From: a virus
Reading direction: 5' to 3' (one strand)
Length of the DNA: 64,000 nucleotides
Virus record (IMG/VR): IMGVR_UViG_3300045988_154609
Span: 94,285 to 158,284 of that record
Shown here: positions 39,146 through 48,620 of the stretch, one piece after another
How positions within the stretch are numbered: position 1 is the first letter of the stretch
Layout of the letters: each line of letters begins with the position of its first letter
Translations under genes and position numbers: made by a program
Notes under the pieces: generated by a model
What the model was told of the DNA's origin: nothing
What the model saw: the letters and a program-made list of their open reading frames with translations, nothing else
Databases searched by the model: none

Positions 39146-39331
39146 TTAAAAGGATGTTACTAAAAGTCCTTCATTCTTTAATAAAGCAACAATTTCGTCT
39201 TCTGGAATTTCATACCATCCAGGATTTTGATACTGAAGAACTTGATAAGCTAAAGACTCTAAAGCGTCTTCCAATTCGCATCTATCACAACCACCAAATT
39301 CAATCATTTTTATTTTTCCTTTCTCTTTCAT
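39146..39331 (-). CDS. hypothetical protein; near-leaderless with respect to the upstream promoter box
   Basis: Its ATG lies about 11 nt after the TATAAT of the promoter box. Confidence 0.4.
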   Translation of the reverse strand: MKEKGKIKMIEFGGCDRCELEDALESLAYQVLQYQNPGWYEIPEDEIVALLKNEGLLVTSF

Positions 39332-39333
39332 TT

Positions 39334-39370
39334 GATATATATATTATATAATATTTTTTATAAAAAATCA
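39334..39370 (-). promoter_or_regulatory. conserved sigma70-like promoter box (TTGATT-N16-TATAAT on minus strand)
   Basis: Minus strand reads cattgaTTGATTttttataaaaaatattaTATAATatatatatcaaATG. Confidence 0.6.
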
Positions 39371-39547
39371 ATGCCCTATCTTTTTGATAGGGCATTACGT
39401 TAATAATGTATTATATTTAAAATAATTTGTGCGATCCCGCCAAAAATAAAACCTGTTATATAGATATGACTTGGCTCATTAAATTTAGTGCTTAAAATAG
39501 CACCTGTCACACAAACTACGATAAATAGAATAAAAAAGATAATATTT

Positions 39548-40087
39548 TTAATCCAATGTTTGAAAGTCAAAAGTGCCACCTCTTTCTTTCATTTCAGCCT
39601 GGTATACATTCCTATCATAAGATCCATGCGCACAGGCTGCAGTCATTGCTTTTTGATGACAAATATCACATCTACAAGATCCAACAGTACCAATACTTGT
39701 TGGATAAAACATATATGTATATCCGCCACCTGAGCAACCATGATATCCATGCGGGTTTCCATGAACCTCAGTATCATGTTTCTTTTTCCAATCTCTGATA
39801 GCTACACTTTCCTTCTCAGTAATCGGAAAACCTCTCCACATATCAGCCAATGCTGCATCTCTTTGTCTCTTCATATCCTGCATTTCTTTAGTTGTGTATG
39901 CTTCTTTTTCAAAATTATCTATCTTTTCTCTCAAATATTCAATAGTTTTCTGCTTGTCCAGAAGGTTGACTTTAATATTGTCAAGGTATTCATCAATAGT
40001 TTCTTCTCTATTTAAAATAGGGATAGAATGACTTAGAGACTTACCATCTTTAAATCTGAACATTGTTCCATCGGGACTATTAAACAT
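39548..40087 (-). CDS. Cys/His-rich hypothetical protein
   Basis: 179-aa ORF with a CSGGG...CRCDICH...CAHG motif. Confidence 0.45.
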   Translation of the reverse strand: MFNSPDGTMFRFKDGKSLSHSIPILNREETIDEYLDNIKVNLLDKQKTIEYLREKIDNFEKEAYTTKEMQDMKRQRDAALADMWRGFPITEKESVAIRDWKKKHDTEVHGNPHGYHGCSGGGYTYMFYPTSIGTVGSCRCDICHQKAMTAACAHGSYDRNVYQAEMKERGGTFDFQTLD

Positions 40088-40097
40088 ATATAACCTC

Positions 40098-40559
40098 CTA
40101 CTGGTTCAAAAGTTCAGTAAGAACTTTATTAATAAGTTTTCCATCTGCTTTGCCTTTAAGTTTAGGCATAATATTTTTCATAACCATACCTTTCATTTTT
40201 GGTCCAATAGGCTCAGTAACAACCTGAGTAAGCTCAATTAACTCTTCATTAATAAAAGCTCGAATTTCATCCTCTGTCATAAGAGTTGGAGCAAATTCTT
40301 TAATTACTTCAAGTCTATACTTATAAGATTCCAAAAGGTCTGTTCTTGCAGCAGGGCAAGTATCAATCATTTCCTGTACGGTTTTCTGCTCTTTTAAGAT
40401 AACTGCATCAACCATGTCTTCTGAAATGTTATTTCGGCAATTTTTATCAATAGCCGCCTTTTTAATAGCATCAACAAGACTGGAAATAACATCTTTTCGA
40501 GCCTTGTCTTTAGCCTTCATTGCGGTAACCATCTCTTTCATAACTGTATCAAGTGTCAT
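40098..40559 (-). CDS. GatB/YqeY-domain protein
   Basis: The overall pattern matches YqeY-like proteins (..LK.KDK.R..VI..L..AIK.A.ID... through ...MGKVMK..MPKLKGKADGKLI..VL.ELL). Confidence 0.55.
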   Translation of the reverse strand: MTLDTVMKEMVTAMKAKDKARKDVISSLVDAIKKAAIDKNCRNNISEDMVDAVILKEQKTVQEMIDTCPAARTDLLESYKYRLEVIKEFAPTLMTEDEIRAFINEELIELTQVVTEPIGPKMKGMVMKNIMPKLKGKADGKLINKVLTELLNQ

Positions 40560-40560
40560 T

Positions 40561-40857
40561 TTAATTCTCTCCTTTATAATATTCTTTTACAAAATCTTCT
40601 ACTGGTATAAAAGCTTTATAAGTTGACGATAATGTAACTAATTCTTTTACTCCTACAATCCCTGGAATATTTAAAAGTTCTTTAATTGCTAATGTTTCAT
40701 TCGGAAACTGTTGTCTTTCAATATGACATTCCAAATCATCTTCATTTAAATCTGGAATAAAAACATATCTCCAAGTATTAAACATATTATCTTTTGAAAT
40801 ACAAAGTTTTCGATATGAATTTTTATTATCTTTTGAAATATGTAATTCAAGAAACAT
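40561..40857 (-). CDS. hypothetical protein
   Basis: 98-aa ORF. Confidence 0.35.
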   Translation of the reverse strand: MFLELHISKDNKNSYRKLCISKDNMFNTWRYVFIPDLNEDDLECHIERQQFPNETLAIKELLNIPGIVGVKELVTLSSTYKAFIPVEDFVKEYYKGEN

Positions 40858-41111
40858 TATTTTCCTAACCTCTCTTCAAAAATAGTAATAAAATCTTCAA
40901 CGTTTCTCTTTGGAGAAGCTGTTAAAAGAATTTCTGTAATGTTTGGATATTTTCGTAAATCTCTAATAGCATCTAATTCTGATGCAAAAGTGCATTTACA
41001 AATATGATGCTTAGTAAGATTTATATAACGATATTTCTGGAGATTCTTATCAAAAAGAATCTCCACTTCCTGCGGATCTTTATCTGAATAAAAGATTTTA
41101 AAATGGAACAT
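40857..41111 (-). CDS. hypothetical protein
   Basis: 84-aa ORF. Confidence 0.35.
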   Translation of the reverse strand: MFHFKIFYSDKDPQEVEILFDKNLQKYRYINLTKHHICKCTFASELDAIRDLRKYPNITEILLTASPKRNVEDFITIFEERLGK

Positions 41112-41302
41112 TAATATTTCTCCTTTCTTAAAATCCTATCCATTTTTTGTCTGCGGTTATCCGTCCTTGCGGGCTTGCCACCTGGCTTAGCCCGATATGT
41201 TTTGCAAGTCTGGCAATGACCGTAGAAGTCAGCCTCTTTGCCCAAATCACATTTTCCGTTACATACATAATGAATACAAGCGATTTCTCGTGTCTTTGCC
41301 AT
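41111..41302 (-). CDS. small Cys-rich protein
   Basis: 63 aa, C.....CNGKC...C..C. Confidence 0.35.
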   Translation of the reverse strand: MAKTREIACIHYVCNGKCDLGKEADFYGHCQTCKTYRAKPGGKPARTDNRRQKMDRILRKEKY

Positions 41303-41533
41303 TTCCTTTACTCCTTTTTATTTATTTCTTAAAGTCATCTATAGTCATTATTAGATTCAAAATAAAACAAACTCCCCAACATATAGCACAAAAGATTGAA
41401 GTTCCAATCTTAAAATTTGTTGTAGCGAGTACAGCTTGTACTATAAAAAGAATACAAACTACTAAATCTAAAAGTGCTATTATAAGATATAAAAATCTCA
41501 TAGTATTTGCTCCTTTCTTAGAAGTTCCATTCC

Positions 41534-42715
41534 TTAAGAATGGAACTTCAATAAAAATTCATTGGAAACCGCCTTAAAGGACTGAACGCCATCCTGAGAA
41601 CGGAATACAAGACCTTCACGCATCTTTCCATCTATCACAGAATCACCTGTCGCAATAGCAAGAAGTTCATCAACTGTATCTGGAAGGATAAAGTTTTCAT
41701 CCACAATCGGCACCCATGGAATACCATACTCCATCATCAACTTGCTTGCCCGTTTAGAATCCCAACGACCTTCCGCAGAAGTGATGAAGTTAAATCCCAT
41801 AAAGTTATGCTCTTTCAGAGAGTATTCTCTCTTCTGGATACCCTGACCATAAGTTTCACCCTGAAGTGTTACCCATTCAAGGTCTGGACGATTTCTGAGA
41901 ATCTTCTGGAGAGTTGCTTCAACATTGTACTTTTCTGCCATTTCAACGTAAACGTTGGTATCATAAAAACAAGACTTATCCGGCTTATCAAATACTACAT
42001 TACGAGAGCAGATATAAAACTCAAATTTTTCTTTCTTCAAGAAACGAGTCTTAACTCTTTTCATTGTAAAGGTAGTAGAAGTACCATCAATTTTTTCAGT
42101 TGCAACCCATGGATTTTTATTCTCAAGAATCCAAGGCATATTTTGTACACGCTCTTCATCTGTTTTAGAAACCCATGCCGGCCATCCGGTTTTCTTATCA
42201 GAAGTTTTACCGAAGAACATGAATAAAATTTTCTTACCCCAAGTTCTACGCATTAACCATCTAAAAGGCTGATGAGAGAACAGTTTTCCATGTCTCTGAG
42301 CCATCTTTTTATATTTATCCACAGAAGATGCTTTACGAGCATTATCTTCTTTAACTGCATAAATTACTTTTAATTTCTGAGTTAAAAAGTCACCAAGTTT
42401 ATAAGCGTCCTTTTCCCAACCGAAGTCTTCAAAGCTCATAAGTAAACCCTGAGAAATTACAGTGCCTTTAAAATATTTCTGAGTTTTAATTTTAAAATGT
42501 TTCGGCTCAAGGAACATAAATGGCTCTTCTGCTGGAACTTTAGAATCAATCTCAAAGTAAACAGCTAAATCACCTGGCTTAAACTGGTCTTTACGAACCA
42601 TAATATGCCAACCATTTACGATAGCTACTTCTACTCTGTCAGCTCCTTCAATAGGACGAATCTCGTCAACTTTGACAACATAAGCAAGCTCTCTTTCTTT
42701 CTTTTCATTCAGCAT
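41534..42715 (-). CDS. ATP-dependent RNA ligase (Rnl family) with N-terminal OB/tRNA-binding-like domain
   Basis: Nucleotidyltransferase motif I TEKIDGTST (KxDG). The N-terminal ...VVKVDEIRPIEGADRVEVAIVNGW resembles a Myf/tRNA-binding OB fold. Confidence 0.65.
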   Translation of the reverse strand: MLNEKKERELAYVVKVDEIRPIEGADRVEVAIVNGWHIMVRKDQFKPGDLAVYFEIDSKVPAEEPFMFLEPKHFKIKTQKYFKGTVISQGLLMSFEDFGWEKDAYKLGDFLTQKLKVIYAVKEDNARKASSVDKYKKMAQRHGKLFSHQPFRWLMRRTWGKKILFMFFGKTSDKKTGWPAWVSKTDEERVQNMPWILENKNPWVATEKIDGTSTTFTMKRVKTRFLKKEKFEFYICSRNVVFDKPDKSCFYDTNVYVEMAEKYNVEATLQKILRNRPDLEWVTLQGETYGQGIQKREYSLKEHNFMGFNFITSAEGRWDSKRASKLMMEYGIPWVPIVDENFILPDTVDELLAIATGDSVIDGKMREGLVFRSQDGVQSFKAVSNEFLLKFHS

Positions 42716-42772
42716 ACCTATTAATCTCCTTTATTTATTGTAAATATATTATATAAAAATTTTAAAAGTAAA

Positions 42773-43348
42773 TCAATTAAGGTCTGTTTCTTTCAAACAT
42801 TCGTGATAAATCTTAATGAGATTTTTCTTATTTAAAAGTGCCTTATATCCAACATTATGCTCTTCTCTCCATGCTAAACGAGATAATACTTTATCTATAA
42901 AAGCTTTAGTCGCAGGATGCATAGCAATAGGATTCTTAATCTTATTCTGCCACCACTTATATTCTCCTTGATATGTAAAATTTTTTCCCATATAAGCCCG
43001 TCCCGCACCTAAATAATCACAAAGTAGCTCCAAAAGATACTTGTCTGGCATTGGGAGTGCGGTGCCACCTTTATCGAAGTTATCCTGCCAGTACTCATAG
43101 TGGTGTCGATTCCGACCTTTATGATGCTGCCAAGCAAAGGACATTCCATTTTCCTCTTTACAAGCATCTATCGGAGAACGAGTCCCCTGCCAATATTTGA
43201 CACCTTCCCAAAATTCAACAGGAGAAAATTTGGATAAATCGTGTGTAATTCCCTGCTTATAAAGACCAATTTTAAAGCAGTATTTTCCTACCCAATATTT
43301 ATGTTTACATACCGTTTTTAAGTGTCCAAAAAAGTTTTTAATTTTCAT
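42773..43348 (-). CDS. hypothetical protein (possible HD-like motif ITHDLSKF)
   Basis: 191-aa ORF. Confidence 0.4.
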   Translation of the reverse strand: MKIKNFFGHLKTVCKHKYWVGKYCFKIGLYKQGITHDLSKFSPVEFWEGVKYWQGTRSPIDACKEENGMSFAWQHHKGRNRHHYEYWQDNFDKGGTALPMPDKYLLELLCDYLGAGRAYMGKNFTYQGEYKWWQNKIKNPIAMHPATKAFIDKVLSRLAWREEHNVGYKALLNKKNLIKIYHECLKETDLN

Positions 43349-43351
43349 ATT

Positions 43352-43738
43352 TTATTCCTCTAAATATTTATACTCTATTTTATGTAAAGAATCATCTTTT
43401 TTATAGTAAATATAGGTACATTGTACCTGTATCTCATCTCCTTCTTTAATCGCATTAAATATAGAAGAAGAAACATTTACTTTTTCATTATTTACGCCAT
43501 ATAAATAATATGAATGATTTGTAATAGGAATAAGAACTTTCCCGCTTATTACAAAAGAATGATCTACATCATCTTCTTTATTTATAACTTCAACTGCTCT
43601 TACTTCAGTTTTTAAATAAAATTGGTCATAATACTTCCTTATCCCAGCTATAATTCCAATGCAAACTGCGATAATAAGTACCACAACTACAATGTGCTTT
43701 ATAATTTCTTTTAATCTTTGTCTTCTCCAATATTCCAT
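43352..43738 (-). CDS. hypothetical membrane-anchored protein
   Basis: N-terminal TM helix. Confidence 0.4.
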   Translation of the reverse strand: MEYWRRQRLKEIIKHIVVVVLIIAVCIGIIAGIRKYYDQFYLKTEVRAVEVINKEDDVDHSFVISGKVLIPITNHSYYLYGVNNEKVNVSSSIFNAIKEGDEIQVQCTYIYYKKDDSLHKIEYKYLEE

Positions 43739-44067
43739 TACTCAACTTTCCAACCAGCTTCCTTACAAACTCTTTTCATATTCTGAACTCCAACAGGATT
43801 CATACTATGAAATTTAAAAGTTGCATAAATATGCCAACCCCGCAGTTTTTGGCAACATTCAAGCCAGTCAAGAATTTTAATATAGTCTCCACCTTTCTCA
43901 TAATATTCACCGGCATCATGATCTAAATTAATTTCATTAACTTCAAGAATGTCTCCTTCTGGTCTAACAAGAGTAGTAAGACACATTTCTGCGTCCCAAA
44001 CACTCTTAATCCAAATATAAGATTCATCTGGCGCGGGCCGCATATCATCAATCCAAAGTTTAATCAT
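43738..44067 (-). CDS. hypothetical protein
   Basis: 109-aa ORF. Confidence 0.4.
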   Translation of the reverse strand: MIKLWIDDMRPAPDESYIWIKSVWDAEMCLTTLVRPEGDILEVNEINLDHDAGEYYEKGGDYIKILDWLECCQKLRGWHIYATFKFHSMNPVGVQNMKRVCKEAGWKVE

Positions 44068-44885
44068 TATTTTACCTCAAATTTCCAATAGTAGAAGTTG
44101 TACTGTTTCTTTGTATTATAGGATTTTTTAATCCTTTTGGCAATATTGTGGACATTTACAGTCGGATTATTTCTCATGCTCTTATCATATGATTTAACAT
44201 ATTCAACTGCTTCTTTAAGATTCTCAAATTTCTTAGTTCTTTCTTCTTCAAAATTTTTAGTAGGACAACAAAAAACATCAAAACGAGTATCTTCATATTC
44301 AATCTGGTCGGTTGTAATTTCCTTATACTCCATAAATACATTTGCATCTACTTCAGAAGCTTTTTCATTTTTACAGCCTTCATAAACTTCTTTTAACATC
44401 TTTGCATCGTCAAGAGAATTATGAGTCTGAACAATTTCTTCTCCTCTAAAATATTCGCAAACTTTAGCGAGGTTAATCAGTTTGATTAAGCCGAAATGAA
44501 CCTTAACAGCAGGAGCAAAATCCTTCATATCTGTATTCATATAACCAAGAATTGCTTTTGCTTTAAAACTATTTGTTTTGCGGAAGGTTGCTTTGATAAA
44601 ATCTGTATCACAATTCCCATAACAATAAAATTCAGGAATGTCATCGCCGCAATCTTCAAAACAAAAATCAAAGAACTCATTGAATACCTCTTCTGGAGAA
44701 GGAGCTGCTTCAACCATTTCTGTGGTAATACCTGTTAAATCAGTAATAAACTTAGAAACATTCTTATTTGTATTCTCTGGAGTATGCACAAGAGAATAAA
44801 ATTCTTTTCCATCTTCTCGAACACATCCAACAGAAATAATGTAATTGGAAAACTGCATTGCTTCAAAATCAATAAAATATTTCAT
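44067..44885 (-). CDS. DEDD-family 3'-5' exonuclease (DnaQ-like)
   Basis: Exo motif I FIDFEAM and a later H.SLDDA motif. Confidence 0.55.
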   Translation of the reverse strand: MKYFIDFEAMQFSNYIISVGCVREDGKEFYSLVHTPENTNKNVSKFITDLTGITTEMVEAAPSPEEVFNEFFDFCFEDCGDDIPEFYCYGNCDTDFIKATFRKTNSFKAKAILGYMNTDMKDFAPAVKVHFGLIKLINLAKVCEYFRGEEIVQTHNSLDDAKMLKEVYEGCKNEKASEVDANVFMEYKEITTDQIEYEDTRFDVFCCPTKNFEEERTKKFENLKEAVEYVKSYDKSMRNNPTVNVHNIAKRIKKSYNTKKQYNFYYWKFEVK

Positions 44886-44903
44886 AATGTATCAATCCTC
44901 TCT

Positions 44904-45086
44904 TTAGTCAAGTCTTACTTTTTTAGTATAAAGTTTCTTTTCAACAATACTTCCACAATCTGGACATCTGAAATAGGAAAAAATAGAATTTCGACATTCA
45001 TCTTGTGATGCAATAAATACACAATGACATTTTGAACATTTTAACCGATAACCATATTTGTCACCAGGTTTAAGAATTTTAATCAT
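44904..45086 (-). CDS. zinc-ribbon protein
   Basis: 60 aa, C..C...C.DC. Confidence 0.35.
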   Translation of the reverse strand: MIKILKPGDKYGYRLKCSKCHCVFIASQDECRNSIFSYFRCPDCGSIVEKKLYTKKVRLD

Positions 45087-45105
45087 TTCTTTTTATCCTT
45101 TCCTT

Positions 45106-45149
45106 AACTTTCTATATATATTATATTATAATTTTAATAAAAAATCAAT
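45106..45149 (-). promoter_or_regulatory. conserved promoter box
   Basis: aactttctatatatattatattataattttaataaaaaatcaat. Confidence 0.55.
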
Positions 45150-45160
45150 AAAGGAAAAAC

Positions 45161-45949
45161 TTATTCAGTTTTTCCTTTATTAAAATTAGGAGATTTTCTA
45201 AAATAAGTTGGAAGTAAATAATTTTGATCATTCCATCTTTTCCATATCTCTTCTAAATCTTCGATTGCTTTAAAATATTGTTCAACATGCGGGCGCTCCA
45301 TTCTATCTGCGTGAAAGTGACCAAAAAGCCAAACACCCCAATTAATCTTATCTTTAAAAGAATCAAGCCAAACTTCCATAGAATCATCTACAGTAGACTG
45401 GTCAATCATAGATAAAAATAAGTCAGTTGGTTCCCAGCTTAATGGACAAGTATGAGTAAAAACAAAATCAAAACTTTGTCCCGCATACATTGCTTCAATA
45501 GCCTGCATTTCTGCTTCTGTTAATTGTTCGTTTGGATACCAAGTATAATGATTTTCAAGTCTATACCATTTATCCACAGAATAAGCTCCACCTATTACAA
45601 GTGTATTATGACCAAGAAAATCATAATTAGAGCCATCCATAAGATAATGGATATGAGGATAACCGGGTTCAATGAAAACATAATTCGCAACATCATCATC
45701 CCAAACCTCTTCAATGCCTTTAACATCTTCTGGACGAGCTTCATGATTTCCCCTTACCAAATAAAATGTACATCCATATTGCTCAAGTTGCATCTTAATA
45801 TCATGTCGCCTTGCCGCACTTTTATAAAAATTTACACCTGCATCTCCTAAGATAATAATACCAGTCTCTTTTGGATTTTGTATTTCAAGCCATGCAAAAC
45901 GATCCATACAGCCATGTGTATCTCCTGTTACAAAAAACTGTTTAATCAT
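45161..45949 (-). CDS. calcineurin-like metallophosphoesterase
   Basis: FFVTGDTHG, LGDAGVN and RGNHE motifs. Overlaps the downstream nucleotidyltransferase gene by 4 nt. Confidence 0.7.
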   Translation of the reverse strand: MIKQFFVTGDTHGCMDRFAWLEIQNPKETGIIILGDAGVNFYKSAARRHDIKMQLEQYGCTFYLVRGNHEARPEDVKGIEEVWDDDVANYVFIEPGYPHIHYLMDGSNYDFLGHNTLVIGGAYSVDKWYRLENHYTWYPNEQLTEAEMQAIEAMYAGQSFDFVFTHTCPLSWEPTDLFLSMIDQSTVDDSMEVWLDSFKDKINWGVWLFGHFHADRMERPHVEQYFKAIEDLEEIWKRWNDQNYLLPTYFRKSPNFNKGKTE

Positions 45950-46767
45950 TTCTTTTCCTCCAACTCAAAAGCAATACTTTTCTTCATAATTTCTGCTTGA
46001 ACTTCTTGAAGAAGATTTTCAGCTTCTTCATCAGTATAGTTAAATTCAGAGTCTTTTGTATATGGGGCACAAATTTTATCAATATGAGCCATATGCTCAT
46101 CCGCAACTTTAATAGCTTCTTCTTTTGAATAAAGACCAGTTTTAATGTCTTTTAAATATTGCGGGTTAGCTGGACACAAACATTCTTTATATGGCGCTCC
46201 AGCAATATATTTATCGAGATATTCATCAATTCTCACAAGCTGATAAAGCTGTTTTGGGTCATAATTAAACTTTTCAAATGTTTCTTTATGAGCTTCTGTT
46301 TCTTTAGTAAGAGCATATCTTTTTCCAAGAGCAATGCCAGACATAGCTTTTACTGCGAAATAAGGATTATAATGTGCAATAACTTCATTTTTCGCAATCA
46401 ATTTATTCCACTCTTTTTCATACATTGGATTAATGATTTTATAATTAGTGAAAAGAATTTCAATAAAATTTAGATTCTGTTTGCGGAAAGTATCAAACAT
46501 AAGCCTAATATCTTTAAAGTCAATATGTTCCCCATTAGCCCTGAAATGAGTTGTAGACATAGGTTTACGATTATAAATAAAATCATTTAATGTCGGAGTG
46601 GTAATAAGTTTTGTATCAATATCAGAATCTTCAGTATCAAGACCATAATTTTGACTACCTTGTAGAAAAATACCTACAATATTATTCTTAGCAAAGTATT
46701 GTTTAGATTCAAGATAATGCTCTTGAATACCATTCGCAGTTTTAATTATTGTATTAAGGTCTGCCAT
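45946..46767 (-). CDS. pol-beta superfamily nucleotidyltransferase
   Basis: GS...D.D motif IFLQGSQNYGLDTEDSDIDT. Confidence 0.5.
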   Translation of the reverse strand: MADLNTIIKTANGIQEHYLESKQYFAKNNIVGIFLQGSQNYGLDTEDSDIDTKLITTPTLNDFIYNRKPMSTTHFRANGEHIDFKDIRLMFDTFRKQNLNFIEILFTNYKIINPMYEKEWNKLIAKNEVIAHYNPYFAVKAMSGIALGKRYALTKETEAHKETFEKFNYDPKQLYQLVRIDEYLDKYIAGAPYKECLCPANPQYLKDIKTGLYSKEEAIKVADEHMAHIDKICAPYTKDSEFNYTDEEAENLLQEVQAEIMKKSIAFELEEKK

Positions 46768-46785
46768 ACTTTCTCACCTTCCTTT

Positions 46786-46828
46786 AACTTTCTATATATA
46801 TTATAATAAATTTTTAATAAAAAATCAA
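46786..46828 (-). promoter_or_regulatory. conserved promoter box
   Basis: aactttctatatatattataataaatttttaataaaaaatcaa. Confidence 0.55.
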
Positions 46829-46859
46829 AAAAAGGGAGAAAGTATTTAAACTTTCTCCC

Positions 46860-47216
46860 TTAATCATCGGTTGCCCATTGTCCCTTTTTAACCAATCTTA
46901 CAAGTTCATAATCATGCTGGGTTGGTTCAACATAAAATTTATATTTCGCAGAAGCATATTCAGGAATATCAAAATGATGATTTGCGTCCCATACATAATC
47001 TAAACAATCAATAACAGCTTGTTGTTTATCTTTATCAGTTCCATTTGTATTTGCAGAAATATAAGCTAAAATTTCTTCTTCTTCACTTCCCCAATCATAA
47101 GATGGAAAAATTTGCATCTTTTCCGCAGGTTTAGGTCGAAAAAACATATTTAAAGATGTAAATAATACACATAAAAGAATAATTAAAAACATTTTTTCTT
47201 TCCAGTTAAAAATCAT
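46860..47216 (-). CDS. hypothetical protein with N-terminal TM/signal
   Basis: 118-aa ORF. Confidence 0.4.
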   Translation of the reverse strand: MIFNWKEKMFLIILLCVLFTSLNMFFRPKPAEKMQIFPSYDWGSEEEEILAYISANTNGTDKDKQQAVIDCLDYVWDANHHFDIPEYASAKYKFYVEPTQHDYELVRLVKKGQWATDD

Positions 47217-47230
47217 ACATGAATCCTTTC

Positions 47231-47659
47231 TTATAAGAAATAATGTAATACAGGAATATATTTATCCCGCAATTTTTCTGTAAGTGTATCAGTTAAAGTC
47301 ATATGATCTTTCATGTCTGCCTGTTTAACGATGAAAGCATAATCATCTTTTGCATCAAGAATTTTATGAATATAATCTTCATATTTTTCTTGAGGGTCTT
47401 TTGTTAAAAGAACCACAGAATCATAAGCTACCATGCCCAAAGTGGACATTAAATCCTCTTTTGGACAATCAGTATCTTCTAATAGGTCATGTGCCAATGC
47501 AATCATATAAGCCTTTGTTATATCCATTTTTAAACGATCAGCTTTTGCGGTCGCATATTCAGCAACCCGCAAAGCATGAGCTAATTTTTTCTTAGGATAA
47601 TATTGAACTGCCAAATTAAATAATTTATTCACTTTTGTAATATCATAATTACAGCCCAT
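47231..47659 (-). CDS. HD-domain phosphohydrolase, RelA/SpoT-hydrolase-like (candidate alarmone or nucleotide hydrolase)
   Basis: LAHALRVAEYA ... ALAHDLLEDT ... LGMVAYDSVVLLTKD closely resembles the SpoT/Mesh1 HD hydrolase core. Confidence 0.65.
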   Translation of the reverse strand: MGCNYDITKVNKLFNLAVQYYPKKKLAHALRVAEYATAKADRLKMDITKAYMIALAHDLLEDTDCPKEDLMSTLGMVAYDSVVLLTKDPQEKYEDYIHKILDAKDDYAFIVKQADMKDHMTLTDTLTEKLRDKYIPVLHYFL

Positions 47660-47697
47660 TAACGTCCCTCCTCGAAAATGCTATATCCCCTTATCAT

Positions 47698-48604
47698 TTA
47701 TTCTTCTCCTATGTAAATTAAATCATCAACATATTTGCGGTCTTCACCTTTTAAAATAGGCATATTTTTATCAATAACCCAGATAGGTCTTTCTTCAATA
47801 ATTGTAGTTGTAACTTTATCTTCTCCAAAAGGTTGTGGTTCTCTTTTTATATTTTCAGTTACTTTTGTTGCGACTTTAATACATGCGGTACCTCGTTTAC
47901 ATGGTATTGTAAAATCATTCCAATTAATACCATATTTAGTCATTAACATATCTTGAATCATATTACAAGTTTTATCTTGAAGTTCATCATGTGAAAAATG
48001 AGCTTGTCCGACCATTTGAATACTATTTCTTGTTGCATCAAGTTGCCGCCAATAGATTAGGTTAGTTACCTCTTCTTTTGGAATGTTAAAACATCTGGCA
48101 TCAAACAATGCTCCTTTCTTAATTGCTTTAGAATAAATTTCAGACAATTTCCACTCTGGTGAATTTGTTACTTCTGGATCATTAGTACCACCTTCATACC
48201 ATTCATATCCAAAAGTTTCAACGCCCCATTTATCCACTTCTTGAGCGAAGAATCTGTTAAAAGCCATAGTTGCCATTGAAGCAGAAATACTACATATTTT
48301 CTGAACTTCATAATCGAACCATGCAGAAGAAGTGAATTTCTGATAATCCACTAAAATCAGAGTAATTTCATCTGATTGTGTATATCCAAAAACGCAACCT
48401 TGAATATTTTCACATAAATATTTCATTGTTTGTTGCATTGTATCCATTAGCACAAAATCAAAGGGTTTTTGAAAACTTCTTGTAAAAGTATGAAACGCCT
48501 TACCGTCAAAGACGTATCGCTACTGGTGTTCTTCTCATAAGAACAGTTTTACTAACTTTTTCATAATTTTTCATTCTGTTAGCTAAATCACTTCTATTCA
48601 TAAC
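47698..48604 (-). CDS. Thg1-like protein (tRNA-His guanylyltransferase-like 3'-5' polymerase), interrupted by a +1 frameshift near 48510
   Basis: The N-terminal 31 codons (MNRSDLANRMKNYEKVSKTVLMRRTPVAIRL*) end at a TGA. The next frame continues FDGKAFHTFTR...YTQSDEITLIL... (Thg1 RMK.YE, P..IRLDG.aF and SDE motifs). One extra T sits in the CTTTGACGG run. Confidence 0.6.
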
Positions 48605-48620
48605 GATGTATAACTCCTTT

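Noticed and set aside
47231-47659. Calling the HD protein a DatZ-type dATPase to complete a Z-genome triad
   Set aside because: The motif spacing (HDLLEDT and the following helix) fits RelA/SpoT-type hydrolases better, and no MazG-like partner is present in the window. Kept only as an open possibility.
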